64,000 nt of DNA from a virus. The notes under the pieces were generated by a model. That model saw only the letters and a program-made list of their open reading frames with translations. It did no database searches and had not been told where the DNA came from. The stretch covers positions 1 through 64,000 of the IMG/VR virus record IMGVR_UViG_3300020455_000006. One strand, given 5' to 3'. The position numbers and the translations under genes are program-made. Shown here one piece after another: positions 40,663-51,064 of the stretch; positions within the stretch are counted from its first letter, which is position 1, and each line of letters begins with the position of its first letter.

Positions 40663-41538
40663 ATGGCTTTTTACGGAAATGCTGCTAATGTTAATGTTAC
40701 AGTTGACCCTGCAGCAGGTAATTACGGTTCTAGCAACGCAATACCTGTTATAACAGTTGACTCAGATAAAAGAATTAGTGCTATTAATACAGCATCACTA
40801 ACATTAGATGCATCAGTGAATACTAATTCATCTACAGGTGACTTAGGAACATATGGATTCTTGATGCAAGCATCAGGAAATACCTCATATGAACCAGGTC
40901 AAACTCTAGCAGGTTCTAACTTACGTTATGCAGACTCTACAGGTAGAGTATCCAGTAACGTAACACCAAGTGGAACTTGGAAACTCATGGGTTATGACTC
41001 AGGGTCACCAAGAACAAACTCAGGTTCAGGTTCTGGATCAGGTTCTGGTTCTGGTAGTATATCTGGTAACGTTGAGGGTAATACATCATTATCAAGTGGT
41101 GAAGTTCAAGGTAACGTTTCAGGTGCATTGCAAGGTGGTGAAGTTCAAGGTAACTCTTCTCTTTCTTCAGGTAACATCCAAGGTAATACAAACGTAAACG
41201 TATCTGGTAATATTTCGGTGAGTTCACACTCTCATGGTGTTCCATCCGCAGGTAACCAAGCTAGAATTGGTGACTCAAAATCTGCTACTGCAGGTGGTAA
41301 CTTCTCTGGTTCTGGTTCAGTATCTCTTGATAACATGGGAGTTGGTGGTAACGTAAATACATCAGGTTTGAACGTTGCTGGTAACACAAGTATCACAACA
41401 TCTGGTTTGAACGTTGCAGGTAACGTGACTACTGACAACTTGAATGTTGGTGGTAATGCTACAGTGAACGTCAACACAAACGTAAACGTAAACACTACAG
41501 TTGCTTATCCTACTTCTCTTTGGATGCGTTCTGCATAA
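40663..41538 (+). CDS. Fibre-tip-like protein with a G/S/N/V-rich insertion
   Basis: YGSSNAIPVITVD, PSGTWKLMG...SLWMRSA; AAGGAG RBS. Confidence 0.7.
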   Translation: MAFYGNAANVNVTVDPAAGNYGSSNAIPVITVDSDKRISAINTASLTLDASVNTNSSTGDLGTYGFLMQASGNTSYEPGQTLAGSNLRYADSTGRVSSNVTPSGTWKLMGYDSGSPRTNSGSGSGSGSGSGSISGNVEGNTSLSSGEVQGNVSGALQGGEVQGNSSLSSGNIQGNTNVNVSGNISVSSHSHGVPSAGNQARIGDSKSATAGGNFSGSGSVSLDNMGVGGNVNTSGLNVAGNTSITTSGLNVAGNVTTDNLNVGGNATVNVNTNVNVNTTVAYPTSLWMRSA

Positions 41539-41562
41539 ATAAAATCGAAGGTTCTAAAAACT

Positions 41563-41967
41563 ATGGCAGTTAATTTTACAGTCACCGATGCAAGAAACCC
41601 AGTTTGGGCAAATGACGATAAAAATGCTATTACATTAGAAGTTAATTTTGCTGAAATTACTGATTCAGATTATGTCTCGTTTACAGCAAGTCCAACTGAT
41701 GTGGTAGAACATTCTCGTACCATTTATGCAAATGCAGTGAATGGTGATTATGGTACGGTATCAGATTATACTCATCATAGATTATGGCACCCAATTGATC
41801 AAAGTACTGTTGACATTTCTAATGTAGGTTTGGTACAAATCTTACTAGAAAAAGGTTTGTTGGATGATTATGATGTAGATGCAATTCTTGTGGAGAACAC
41901 AGAAACAGTCGCTTTTGCTCGTACTACTACCAATTCATCAATGAATGGTGATTGGGACGGTATATAA
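41563..41967 (+). CDS. Tail fibre assembly chaperone-like protein
   Basis: ARNPVWAN...FTASPTD..H.R.IY..A..G.YG.V. Confidence 0.65.
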   Translation: MAVNFTVTDARNPVWANDDKNAITLEVNFAEITDSDYVSFTASPTDVVEHSRTIYANAVNGDYGTVSDYTHHRLWHPIDQSTVDISNVGLVQILLEKGLLDDYDVDAILVENTETVAFARTTTNSSMNGDWDGI

Positions 41968-41987
41968 AAAAACACAGTCTTTAACCA

Positions 41988-42518
41988 ATGATTACTTCAG
42001 AAGGAAATTACCAAAATAGTCATTTGACCACCATTGGTGATGGTTATGCCACTACCATAGAGACTAATGGTAATGGTGGTCAAATGATACGAAACAACCA
42101 GCAGGTAAATTTCGTGTCTAATACAAAGGGAATTCCAACTTATAATGTTGGATTTGGTTCTACTGTATCGACTGCTGCATGGGTTGAATGGACTGCAAGA
42201 GAATTTGATGCTGCTGGAATATCAACTTCTGAGTTCGATCCAACAAAACCAGATGAGAGAAAAACTGTACAAATAAATGTACCAGCATCTAATATTTGGA
42301 CTGTATCTCTGTATGGCGAGACCACTAAATTGAGTGGTAGGAAACCAAAATTCCAAGGATTCTTTGATTTATATGAAAATGGAGACGATAGAAAGGCAAG
42401 ACATAAGGCACTGAGAGAAGCAGGTTTGACACCACCATTCCCAAGAGCAGATAAATTCTCAAAAAATAAACATCAAAATTTTGTGAGATCAGGTGTAACA
42501 ACGGAGGGAAGTTACTAA
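41988..42518 (+). CDS. Hypothetical protein
   Basis: 176-aa ORF in the operon. Confidence 0.65.
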   Translation: MITSEGNYQNSHLTTIGDGYATTIETNGNGGQMIRNNQQVNFVSNTKGIPTYNVGFGSTVSTAAWVEWTAREFDAAGISTSEFDPTKPDERKTVQINVPASNIWTVSLYGETTKLSGRKPKFQGFFDLYENGDDRKARHKALREAGLTPPFPRADKFSKNKHQNFVRSGVTTEGSY

Positions 42519-42540
42519 AAACTAAATTGATTTCTTTATA

Positions 42541-43545
42541 ATGGCAGATAGATCAGATAAGTGGCATCATACCATGTGTAGGTATCTTGGATTGCACCAA
42601 GATACCTTTTTTGATTTTGGCATTCTGCCAGGTGTATGCAGAGAAGCATTAGGTAGGAATGATTACCTTTATACTAAGAAAGGTACATTCAATAGCAATA
42701 AAGTATATGCTTGGTCTGACTATCACTATAAGAGACTGGTAAATCAACAAAGAGGTGTCGTACCATATTACGGTACAGCACCTTTTTTATGGGAACTTGG
42801 TAAGATAGCATATGCTCAAGAGAATACGCCAGAGTTTTATGCTTTACCTGCTGGATCGTTATTTTTTCTACCGAGAGATGATCAATGTACCATAAGAGAG
42901 GAAGAATATGAAAGTGTACAACGTATTATAGATGATATACCAAGACCTGTCACTTTCTTAGTACCATGGCGTAGTTGTGACATATGGAAGTATTGGGATA
43001 AATTGAACCTGGGTGAATCCAGCACTGTGATCCAGATGTCTGATCCAGAAACGAGACAATATACATTAGCAACACTTTTATTACAACATGAGCATATCTT
43101 TATACCATGGCCAGGTACAGATGTATATTATGCTGAGTTCTTAGATCGGCAGGTACATGTCTATGATGATATTACAAAATATAGAACCAAGAAACCACAT
43201 GAACAAGAAAGATTTGGTTCGACTGTCTTATTATATCTGAAGTGGGGATATGATTATCTGAATGATATGCAAAAAGAATTTTTTCATCTCACGGAGAAGT
43301 GGGACACTCTTCACCAGCAGGATAGAAAGTTTCTAACAAGTAAAATGTTAGGTCTTGATGCTATAAAATCTCCTAACGTATTATACAATGAACTTGTAGA
43401 GAATAAATTTATAACTGACGGCAGGTTTGGATCACCGATCCAGAGTGAATATGAAAACGCTTATATTTACTTAAAGGAAAAGATTGAAAAATCTTATAAT
43501 TCTAAATGTTCTCAGGTAGTATTAGACCTTTACAATAAACTCTAA
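42541..43545 (+). CDS. Hypothetical protein, possibly glycan-modifying
   Basis: 334-aa ORF convergent with the sugar cassette; no decisive motif. Confidence 0.55.
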   Translation: MADRSDKWHHTMCRYLGLHQDTFFDFGILPGVCREALGRNDYLYTKKGTFNSNKVYAWSDYHYKRLVNQQRGVVPYYGTAPFLWELGKIAYAQENTPEFYALPAGSLFFLPRDDQCTIREEEYESVQRIIDDIPRPVTFLVPWRSCDIWKYWDKLNLGESSTVIQMSDPETRQYTLATLLLQHEHIFIPWPGTDVYYAEFLDRQVHVYDDITKYRTKKPHEQERFGSTVLLYLKWGYDYLNDMQKEFFHLTEKWDTLHQQDRKFLTSKMLGLDAIKSPNVLYNELVENKFITDGRFGSPIQSEYENAYIYLKEKIEKSYNSKCSQVVLDLYNKL

Positions 43546-44429
43546 TTTCTCATATATCCGAAGTGTTTTGAAATATCTTCACTCATAAAGAAATCATTAT
43601 CATGTATGCCTCGGTCATCAATATATTTGTTTGCTCTTGGTTTACCAAAGAATAACTTATGATACTTTACACCCCAACTAGCAAGTTGTGCTTCAGTTCT
43701 TGATCTACAATGATAATCTGCTTCACGTTGTTGGCAATTTATGTCATCTGGATACCTACCAGTACTATGAATAAATCCTCTTGCAGTCATAAGATATATT
43801 GTAGCACCATCCTCATATAGTTTATTTACTTTTTGAATACGATCTCTTCTTGGTATAGCATCCCATGGACTACCATCATGAGGTTCAGTCAATGTGCCGT
43901 CAATATCAATACAGTATATGTCGTCTCTTTTCTCAGTTACATCATCATATCTTTGTACAATTTTGGGTAGTTCTGGTAATATAACTCCAGTCTGTTCCAT
44001 TATTTCATATATTGTTGACAAAGCTTTCACTTCAAAATGATGATAGTGTGTCGCATCAATTACAATCGTTTCTATCGTTTCATGTTTATCTGGTGCTATG
44101 AGTAGTGTTTCTGTTGAACCACCATAGGGTGCGGTGATTGATATTTTTTCCAATTCTTGTGTAAGAGGACTATTGACACGACAAGTGATACCTATGATAA
44201 GATCAGCACCTTCATTAGCATATCTTATCCATTCGTGTTTCCAATCTCCATCACCACCTAAAGCAGTAAGACTAATACTATCAGGAGCAAAACAAAATTT
44301 ACCAGTGTGACGATAGATATCACTTGCCATGTGTTGAGCAATGGCAAGATTACCACCATTACCTATCAATGCAATTCGTTTTGCATCAGAAAATAATTTT
44401 AGTGATTCAGTAGATAGTTTTCCGTCCAT
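43542..44429 (-). CDS. SIS (GmhA-like) isomerase fused to a HAD phosphatase
   Basis: GNGGNLAIAQHMASD at the N-terminus; DIDGTL, TAR and KP...YIDD at the C-terminus. Confidence 0.8.
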   Translation of the reverse strand: MDGKLSTESLKLFSDAKRIALIGNGGNLAIAQHMASDIYRHTGKFCFAPDSISLTALGGDGDWKHEWIRYANEGADLIIGITCRVNSPLTQELEKISITAPYGGSTETLLIAPDKHETIETIVIDATHYHHFEVKALSTIYEIMEQTGVILPELPKIVQRYDDVTEKRDDIYCIDIDGTLTEPHDGSPWDAIPRRDRIQKVNKLYEDGATIYLMTARGFIHSTGRYPDDINCQQREADYHCRSRTEAQLASWGVKYHKLFFGKPRANKYIDDRGIHDNDFFMSEDISKHFGYMRN

Positions 44430-45220
44430 GTTTTTGCTTTTTCTCGTAGTATGTGAGGTAGAAAGGTAAAACGATTATCATGCAATGATATATCTATACT
44501 TTTACTCAATCCGAAAGTTTTACAATAATCTCCTGTATCAAGACTAAAGGTCTCATAAGGTATTTTATAGTACTCTAGTAAATTTTTCAAGTATTTTTCA
44601 AATCTTCGTGATTCATTGATATTATTCGTGATAAATTCAACATATCCATCTTCTCCTCGTTCTTCTAATACTTTTGTAGAACCCTCAAGAAAAAAGTTAT
44701 GAACCCAATCATACAAATTTTCTTTATACACTAAGATATTACATCTATTCCTAAGTTCGTTCAAACTATATTCCAAATCTACATTCATTGGTGGTTGTCT
44801 CATTCTCATATTCCAATTCATTTCCCTGCTACCAACACCAGAGCAATATCCTAATGATGTAAGTGGGTTGACTACTATATCTGACTCATATATTCGTGGA
44901 AACATTTTATATAAATTTATTGGAAATTGAGCAAACTTACTTTTATCAGTAAAACTCATGCCAGAGTTCTCCGATCTTTGAGACAATACTTCGTCTATAG
45001 TTTCTAAATGTCTTACTTCATACCAACTCTTGAGTTCGTGTGAAAATTTATTTTCCCAATTCCATTCGTATGAGTGATAACCATTACCACATGGTTTCGT
45101 TATGATAGTAAATGGAATGTAACCTGCATTTAAAAGTGAGTAAGATTTCTGATTATATTGGAATAAACTTCTGATAAAAAACTTACCACTTTTGACACCG
45201 CCAAAATAGGTATATTTCAT
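44399..45220 (-). CDS. Hypothetical protein, possibly a divergent sulfotransferase
   Basis: N-terminal GGVKSG resembles a PAPS-binding loop; resembles 45925-46893. Confidence 0.5.
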   Translation of the reverse strand: MKYTYFGGVKSGKFFIRSLFQYNQKSYSLLNAGYIPFTIITKPCGNGYHSYEWNWENKFSHELKSWYEVRHLETIDEVLSQRSENSGMSFTDKSKFAQFPINLYKMFPRIYESDIVVNPLTSLGYCSGVGSREMNWNMRMRQPPMNVDLEYSLNELRNRCNILVYKENLYDWVHNFFLEGSTKVLEERGEDGYVEFITNNINESRRFEKYLKNLLEYYKIPYETFSLDTGDYCKTFGLSKSIDISLHDNRFTFLPHILREKAKTWTENYLLNH

Positions 45221-45918
45221 AAATTTTTTTCTACTTCGTCTATATGATGTGGGCGATCAACTGCTCTGACTTTGCCACACTTCAAATCAAATGGCACTAC
45301 ATCATACTTACCACAGAATCCTATGGTATCGAGACCATGCCAATACTGAACAAATGTCATATCACAATTAGGAAAGTCCACGATCACATCTTTCTTATAC
45401 ATGTATAACCCTAACTGAGTGACAATATTATCACATATCACATCACATTTTCTTTGCATGTGAGTGACCACTCCGTTATTCAAAATCATTTTGACAACAT
45501 CTTCGTCCTCTATCTCCTCTGGTTCTAGTTCTCTAGATGATTGAAGTACGTCTATATTATTATCAACACCATATCGTATCATATCGTCTATCCATTTCGG
45601 GTTGGTGAGTGGTTCATCACCTTGCAGGTTGAAAATAAAATCCGCCAGCAGATCTCCAGCGACTTCAGCAACTCTATGAGTACATGTATAGTGTGAAGAG
45701 GTAACTATACTGTCAAAACCATTTTCATTTGCTAAATCTTGTATGATCTTATCTTCAGTTGCAATAATTATTCCATCAAGATACTCAGACTGCTTTGCTA
45801 TATCTGCCACTCTCAGCACCATTTCCCTACCCTTGATCTTAGCAAGTGGTTTATTAGGAAATCGACTAGAACCCAATCTAGCAGGGATAACACAGATAAT
45901 TTTTTTGTTTTGATACAT
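45217..45918 (-). CDS. kdsB: CMP-Kdo synthetase-like cytidylyltransferase
   Basis: IPARLGSSRFPNKPL, ATED, NLQGDEP, GLYMY, AVD.P. Confidence 0.8.
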   Translation of the reverse strand: MYQNKKIICVIPARLGSSRFPNKPLAKIKGREMVLRVADIAKQSEYLDGIIIATEDKIIQDLANENGFDSIVTSSHYTCTHRVAEVAGDLLADFIFNLQGDEPLTNPKWIDDMIRYGVDNNIDVLQSSRELEPEEIEDEDVVKMILNNGVVTHMQRKCDVICDNIVTQLGLYMYKKDVIVDFPNCDMTFVQYWHGLDTIGFCGKYDVVPFDLKCGKVRAVDRPHHIDEVEKNL

Positions 45919-45924
45919 GTGGTA

Positions 45925-46893
45925 CTATATCATGTCAGTTATTCTACCCGATAAACGAGTGTCTGTCAATCCACGAACTGTCACATATTCACTTGCCATA
46001 TCTTCAAGCATCTTACGTTTATGCTCTGTTACTGGATTATTCGTGTCAAAATTAGGGTGTGAGTATTTTTTATCTAGAACTATTTTACAACCAAACTGAC
46101 TATAATCGTCCTCATCAAGGTTGAAGTGGTCGTAAGGTATATTATAGTCTTGTAATGCTTGTTCTATATCTCTTTGCTGTCTAGTAAAATCGTCTAGATG
46201 ATTCCATATTATCTCCTTATCCCTTTTGTATGCGTCTATAATTGTATTGAAAAATACAGGTCTACCCGTTAGTTTCGTATAATTCTTAGATTGCTTTGGT
46301 GGGTCAAACATATTTAATTTACTTATCATACTATCAAGGATATTTACTTTATAAGGTATAAGATTCGTGGTATTTTTGAGAAGTGATATGATTTTTGGTG
46401 TTGTGATATATATTCTTTGATAGTTGACAATACCTAATAGATGATGTGGTCTTATGAGTATCTCTCCATCAAACATATAGTCTAAAGCAAACTCCCATGT
46501 ATTTGGTGCATGATTCAAGAATGGTTCATAATCATCAATATTAGTGAATTGTTTATCTAACCCTCGTCTATCAGAACTGTCTGTGATAATTTTATTTTTA
46601 TAAAATTCTGTGGTTCTATGATCTACAAAATTATATTTTTCCATATAACTATACGATTTCTCTTTCAAAGGGTTTTTTACCCTAGTTGTTCTATATAATA
46701 CTCGAACTAATTTATTTTCATTTCGTGGTTTGTAATAGTGATACCACTCTTGTTTCTTAGGTTCTGGATAAATATATCTATCGAATTTATAGGTATTATT
46801 AGTAAAGAACACATGTTGTCGTTCATTGAACTCAAACATTCTGTTCAAGTGGTCACTACCACTATTTACAGCACCCCAGTAGACAAATTTCAT
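45925..46893 (-). CDS. Hypothetical protein, possibly a divergent sulfotransferase (start likely 46893)
   Basis: MKFVYWGAVNSG; shares the Y.IPY..F.LD..DY motif with 44399-45220. Confidence 0.5.
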   Translation of the reverse strand: MKFVYWGAVNSGSDHLNRMFEFNERQHVFFTNNTYKFDRYIYPEPKKQEWYHYYKPRNENKLVRVLYRTTRVKNPLKEKSYSYMEKYNFVDHRTTEFYKNKIITDSSDRRGLDKQFTNIDDYEPFLNHAPNTWEFALDYMFDGEILIRPHHLLGIVNYQRIYITTPKIISLLKNTTNLIPYKVNILDSMISKLNMFDPPKQSKNYTKLTGRPVFFNTIIDAYKRDKEIIWNHLDDFTRQQRDIEQALQDYNIPYDHFNLDEDDYSQFGCKIVLDKKYSHPNFDTNNPVTEHKRKMLEDMASEYVTVRGLTDTRLSGRITDMI

Positions 46894-46930
46894 AATATTA
46901 TCTATACTACTTCCATATATTAGCACCTTC

Positions 46931-47350
46931 ATGGCGATACCGCACCCACCCAGAGCAGAGAACTATGGAAATCAAGATCTAGACCCTCGTTGGGAGATAG
47001 GAGATTTCAAGGTTGGGGATATAGTTGAGTGCTTTCTTTGTCTCAATGGTACAATGCAACCAAGCAAACCTGACTGTGGTGTCATATCATTTGTATCAGG
47101 TGGGTACATGAGTTTGTGTGTTGGTTGTAATGCAGAGGGTAGAGCAATCAATGTTTGTATCAATCAACTCTATCATATAAGAATACTACAGGAACATGAA
47201 TATACCAAACTGGATACATCACTCCAAAAAGGTTGCCAAACCAAGAAAGCGACCACAGGCATTGAGACAGGCGAGGAAGAGACGCTCGCAGTTTCTCACA
47301 CGCTTGAAAAGAGAATCGAAACTTATCCTCTCGAAGCGAAATCATACTAG
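46931..47350 (+). CDS. Hypothetical protein
   Basis: 139 aa; KOW-like FKVGDIV; Cys-rich. Confidence 0.55.
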   Translation: MAIPHPPRAENYGNQDLDPRWEIGDFKVGDIVECFLCLNGTMQPSKPDCGVISFVSGGYMSLCVGCNAEGRAINVCINQLYHIRILQEHEYTKLDTSLQKGCQTKKATTGIETGEEETLAVSHTLEKRIETYPLEAKSY

Positions 47351-47428
47351 ACAATAATAATATTGGCACATGGGGGTGTACATATAGAATAGTTGTGACT
47401 ATAATGAATAGTATATACACCAAATATA

Positions 47429-49639
47429 ATGCCAGTCAACATTGAAATCAAAGGCAACCTTGCCAAGTTACTAGCAACTGAGAATCTTATCATTGAGCAT
47501 AAGGCAGTTGACACAGCATCATTTGATGTTCAGAGAAGAGTTCTTACTCTTCCACAATGGGATACAGACAGCAACTATATCTATGATATGCTTGTTGCTC
47601 ATGAAGTGGGTCATGCACTACACACACCTAATCGCAACTACAAGTTAGAAGAAAAATACAAAGACATACCACATGATTATGTCAATGTAGTTGAAGATGC
47701 TCGCATTGAGAGATTGATGAAGCAGAGATTTGCAGGGTTGAATAGAGACTTCTATAAAGCATACGAAGAACTACATGCTAACAACTTCTTTGAAGTAGAT
47801 GATGAAGATGTCAATGATCTCAAACTTGTTGATAGAATCAATCTATACTTCAAGATTGGTGCATATCTTTGCATTGACTTCAATGATGAAGAGAATCAAA
47901 TCATCACAGAGATTTCACAGGCAGAGACATTTGACCAAGTTCTTGAAATATCTAAGAAGTTACATCAATTAGGTAAGAAACAAAAGCAAGAAGTAGATGC
48001 ACAACATCAAGTAAACATTGAAGTTGCTCTCAAAGAAATGAAAGAAGATGAGAACGGAGAACTTGCTAATCCACTTACATTTGAACCAACTGATGAGTCA
48101 GATGATGATGCACTTGAGATCGAGGGCAAGGGTAATACACCAGATCAACAAACTGATGAAGATGTTGATGATGAAGAACCAGAGGTAGATACTACCATCA
48201 AGGCAGGGAATCATGGCAACATTGAAGAGTCTGATACACAGAGATCATTTGACAAAAATGCTCATGAACTCGCACAGTCACAAGATCGGAGAGAAATTAC
48301 TTATGTAACTATTCCTAAGATTGACATTGACTCAGTAACTATAAAGTTTGAGACAGTCAGAGATTCACTCAAGAAACATTTTGCATCTAAGAGTTTTGAT
48401 ACATCATCTGAACATCAATATTCAGTAACTTCATGGAACAACTCACTTGATGAAATGTTCAAGAGATACAATGACTATAAGAAGTCAGCAAGAAAAGATG
48501 TCAACAACCTAGTCAAAGAGTTTGAAATGAAGAAGTCAGCAGACTCTTATTCTAGATCAGCAACAGCAAGGACTGGTATGCTTGATATGAACAAGTTACA
48601 CACATACAAGTATAACGAGGACATATTCAAGAAAGTCACAGTCATACCAGAGGGCAAGAATCATGGTCTAGTATTTCTACTTGACTGGTCTGGTTCTATG
48701 CACAACCAATTAGAGGATACTCTAAAGCAGTTGTTCAATCTTATATGGTTCTGTCGTAAGGTTCAGATACCATTCGAGGTATATGCTTTCACAAATGACT
48801 CATGGATACTTGACCCTAGAGTATCAGAGGACGCTACGAGATCATACGCATGGCAGAGAACTCTACCCAAGCATCACACACCCGAACTCAATGAGTTGGT
48901 AATCCCTGAGACTTTCCGTATGGTAAACATACTATCAAGTCAGCAACGTGGTAGAGACTTAGATGAAATGATGAAGTTATTATACATGCAGACTCTAGCA
49001 ATGTGTAATCACTCATACTGCAACTATGACCATAAGTTTGCACTATCAGGTACACCACTCAATGAAGCGATTATCTCACTTGGTCAGATAATCAAACAGT
49101 TCATCAAGTCAAGTGGTATTCAGAAGTGTCATACAGTTATATTGACTGATGGAGACGCATTTCATTCTGAATATGCTTACAAATTTTATGAAGATGGAAA
49201 TTCAGTCAATAGATCAGTTTACTCTGGTGGGTTCATGATAAGACATGGTTCTAGAACATATAATGGTGGTAATGGTCATTCTGACTTTACTTGCAGTCTA
49301 ATCAAGGCAGTAAAAGATGATCTACCTAATACATCATTCTTAGGTATCAGAATCCTTGAGAGAGACTACAGACATTTCTACATGCACTATGCTAGAAACT
49401 CTTACATGGACTTCGAGGAAATGAAAGCACAGAACCGCAAAGAGGGTATGATACATTTCAAATCCAATTCATTTGACAAGTGGTATGGTATCTCAGGTAA
49501 TAAATTACAAGATGATGCTGAACTAGAGGTCAATCAAGGTGCTGACAAGAGATCAATCTCTACCGCTTTCAAGAAGATGAACAGAGGTAAGAAAACTAAC
49601 AAGGTCATGGTAAAACAATTCATAGACCAGATAGCATAG
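47429..49639 (+). CDS. Metallopeptidase-like/vWA (CobT-like) protein
   Basis: HEVGH, NVVEDARIE, acidic linker, MIDAS DWSGS...GTP...TDG. Confidence 0.85.
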   Translation: MPVNIEIKGNLAKLLATENLIIEHKAVDTASFDVQRRVLTLPQWDTDSNYIYDMLVAHEVGHALHTPNRNYKLEEKYKDIPHDYVNVVEDARIERLMKQRFAGLNRDFYKAYEELHANNFFEVDDEDVNDLKLVDRINLYFKIGAYLCIDFNDEENQIITEISQAETFDQVLEISKKLHQLGKKQKQEVDAQHQVNIEVALKEMKEDENGELANPLTFEPTDESDDDALEIEGKGNTPDQQTDEDVDDEEPEVDTTIKAGNHGNIEESDTQRSFDKNAHELAQSQDRREITYVTIPKIDIDSVTIKFETVRDSLKKHFASKSFDTSSEHQYSVTSWNNSLDEMFKRYNDYKKSARKDVNNLVKEFEMKKSADSYSRSATARTGMLDMNKLHTYKYNEDIFKKVTVIPEGKNHGLVFLLDWSGSMHNQLEDTLKQLFNLIWFCRKVQIPFEVYAFTNDSWILDPRVSEDATRSYAWQRTLPKHHTPELNELVIPETFRMVNILSSQQRGRDLDEMMKLLYMQTLAMCNHSYCNYDHKFALSGTPLNEAIISLGQIIKQFIKSSGIQKCHTVILTDGDAFHSEYAYKFYEDGNSVNRSVYSGGFMIRHGSRTYNGGNGHSDFTCSLIKAVKDDLPNTSFLGIRILERDYRHFYMHYARNSYMDFEEMKAQNRKEGMIHFKSNSFDKWYGISGNKLQDDAELEVNQGADKRSISTAFKKMNRGKKTNKVMVKQFIDQIA

Positions 49640-49713
49640 TGTCACATGGGTTGGTTGCCAACCCATTTTACTTATGGTACGATAAGTACGAAGCAAACAT
49701 TCATTCAAAATTC

Positions 49714-50889
49714 ATGCCTACTACCTACGATTCAGATTTCCATATCAACAACATAGTTGAGAAGTATGGTAAGAAACTAGATGCTGACATGGTAAAGGCA
49801 TATTGTGATGACAACCCAATAGGGTATCAGACCATCACAAAGTTTCTAAACAGATACAAAACCAAGCGAGGACATTGGAATGTAACTGTCAAGCAAGCGA
49901 AAGCACAACTTGAGCAGTCATTTCAACAACCCTCTGCACCAATACAACAACCAGTTGTAGTTCCCACTCAATCCAAAGTTGGTCTTGCTAAGACTAGCAT
50001 TGATGTTGAGAACCTTGTACCAGAGAAAGACCCAACATTTGTAAAGTTTGGTCAGTTCCCTGATCTCAAGAAAGTGATCGCTTCCAAACTATTCTACCCT
50101 GTATTCATTACAGGTATGTCTGGTAATGGTAAGACATTCGGTGTTGAGCAAGCAGCAGCAGAGACAGGCAGAGAACTAATTAGAGTCAACATCACAGTCG
50201 AGACTGATGAAGATGACCTTATTGGTGGATTCAGACTTGTCAATGGCGAGACTGTATGGCACAACGGAGCAGTCATTGAAGCATTAGAGCGTGGTGCTAT
50301 CTTATTACTTGATGAGATTGATCTAGCATCTAATAAGATCATGTGTCTACAGTCCATACTAGAGGGCAAGGGTGTGTTTCTCAAGAAGATTGGAGAGTAC
50401 ATCAAACCCAAGCATGGATTCAACATCATTGCTACTGCTAACACAAAGGGTAAGGGTTCTGATGATGGTAGATTCATTGGCACAAATGTACTCAATGAAG
50501 CGTTCCTTGAGAGATTCCCAGTTACCTTTGAGCAAGAGTATCCTACTGTCAAGACAGAGATCAAGATACTCACATCACTATCTGAGCAACTCAAGATACC
50601 TATGATAGGAGAGCATGAGAAGTTCATCAAGCACCTTTGTGACTGGTCTGACATAGTTCGCAGAACATTCAAGGAGGGTGGTGTTGATGAGATTATCTCA
50701 ACTCGTAGACTAACTCACATCATTAGAGCATACTCTATCTTTGGCAACAAAGAGAAAGCAGTACAAATCTGTCTCAATAGATTTGATGAAGAAACCAAAG
50801 AGTCATTCTGGTCACTCTATACTAAGTTAGATGAAACTGTGGGTGTACAACCTGATACAGAAGACCCTAACAGTCCATACGCTACATAA
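49714..50889 (+). CDS. cobS: CobS/MoxR-like AAA+ ATPase (start moved to 49714)
   Basis: GMSGNGKT, LLLDEID, ATANTKG, NEAFLERF; the longer call overlaps its promoter. Confidence 0.88.
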   Translation: MPTTYDSDFHINNIVEKYGKKLDADMVKAYCDDNPIGYQTITKFLNRYKTKRGHWNVTVKQAKAQLEQSFQQPSAPIQQPVVVPTQSKVGLAKTSIDVENLVPEKDPTFVKFGQFPDLKKVIASKLFYPVFITGMSGNGKTFGVEQAAAETGRELIRVNITVETDEDDLIGGFRLVNGETVWHNGAVIEALERGAILLLDEIDLASNKIMCLQSILEGKGVFLKKIGEYIKPKHGFNIIATANTKGKGSDDGRFIGTNVLNEAFLERFPVTFEQEYPTVKTEIKILTSLSEQLKIPMIGEHEKFIKHLCDWSDIVRRTFKEGGVDEIISTRRLTHIIRAYSIFGNKEKAVQICLNRFDEETKESFWSLYTKLDETVGVQPDTEDPNSPYAT

Positions 50890-50892
50890 TGT

Positions 50893-51015
50893 ATGGACGA
50901 AATAGAGTTTATACCAGAGGAGGGTTTGGATATTCAATTCACACCCTCTGACAACCTAAAAGAGGATATGTCAGAGGAGGAGTGGACTGCATACCTAGCA
51001 ATCTTTCAAACCTAA
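50893..51015 (+). CDS. Small acidic protein (40 aa)
   Basis: MDEIEFIPEEGLDIQFTPSDNLKEDMSEEEWTAYLAIFQT. Confidence 0.6.
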   Translation: MDEIEFIPEEGLDIQFTPSDNLKEDMSEEEWTAYLAIFQT

Positions 51016-51032
51016 CTTACAATATTCTAACC

Positions 51033-51064
51033 AACCTATCGGTCATAGTACTGGTAGGTTTTTT
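51033..51064 (+). terminator. Terminator
   Basis: AACCTATCGGT-catagt-ACTGGTAGGTT (with G-U pairs) plus T-run. Confidence 0.6.

Noticed and set aside
25652-41495. Many 60-170 aa minus-strand ORFs opposite structural genes
   Set aside because: Antisense shadows expected from codon bias and TTAA/TTA scarcity; no RBS or motifs.
29353-41538. Diversity-generating retroelement or invertible fibre switch
   Set aside because: No reverse transcriptase or invertase and no adenine-specific TR/VR pair; shared modules are diverged at all bases.
47429-50889. Cobalamin biosynthesis role for cobS/cobT-like genes
   Set aside because: No cobN or other cob genes; a MoxR AAA plus vWA chaperone pair is the simpler reading.
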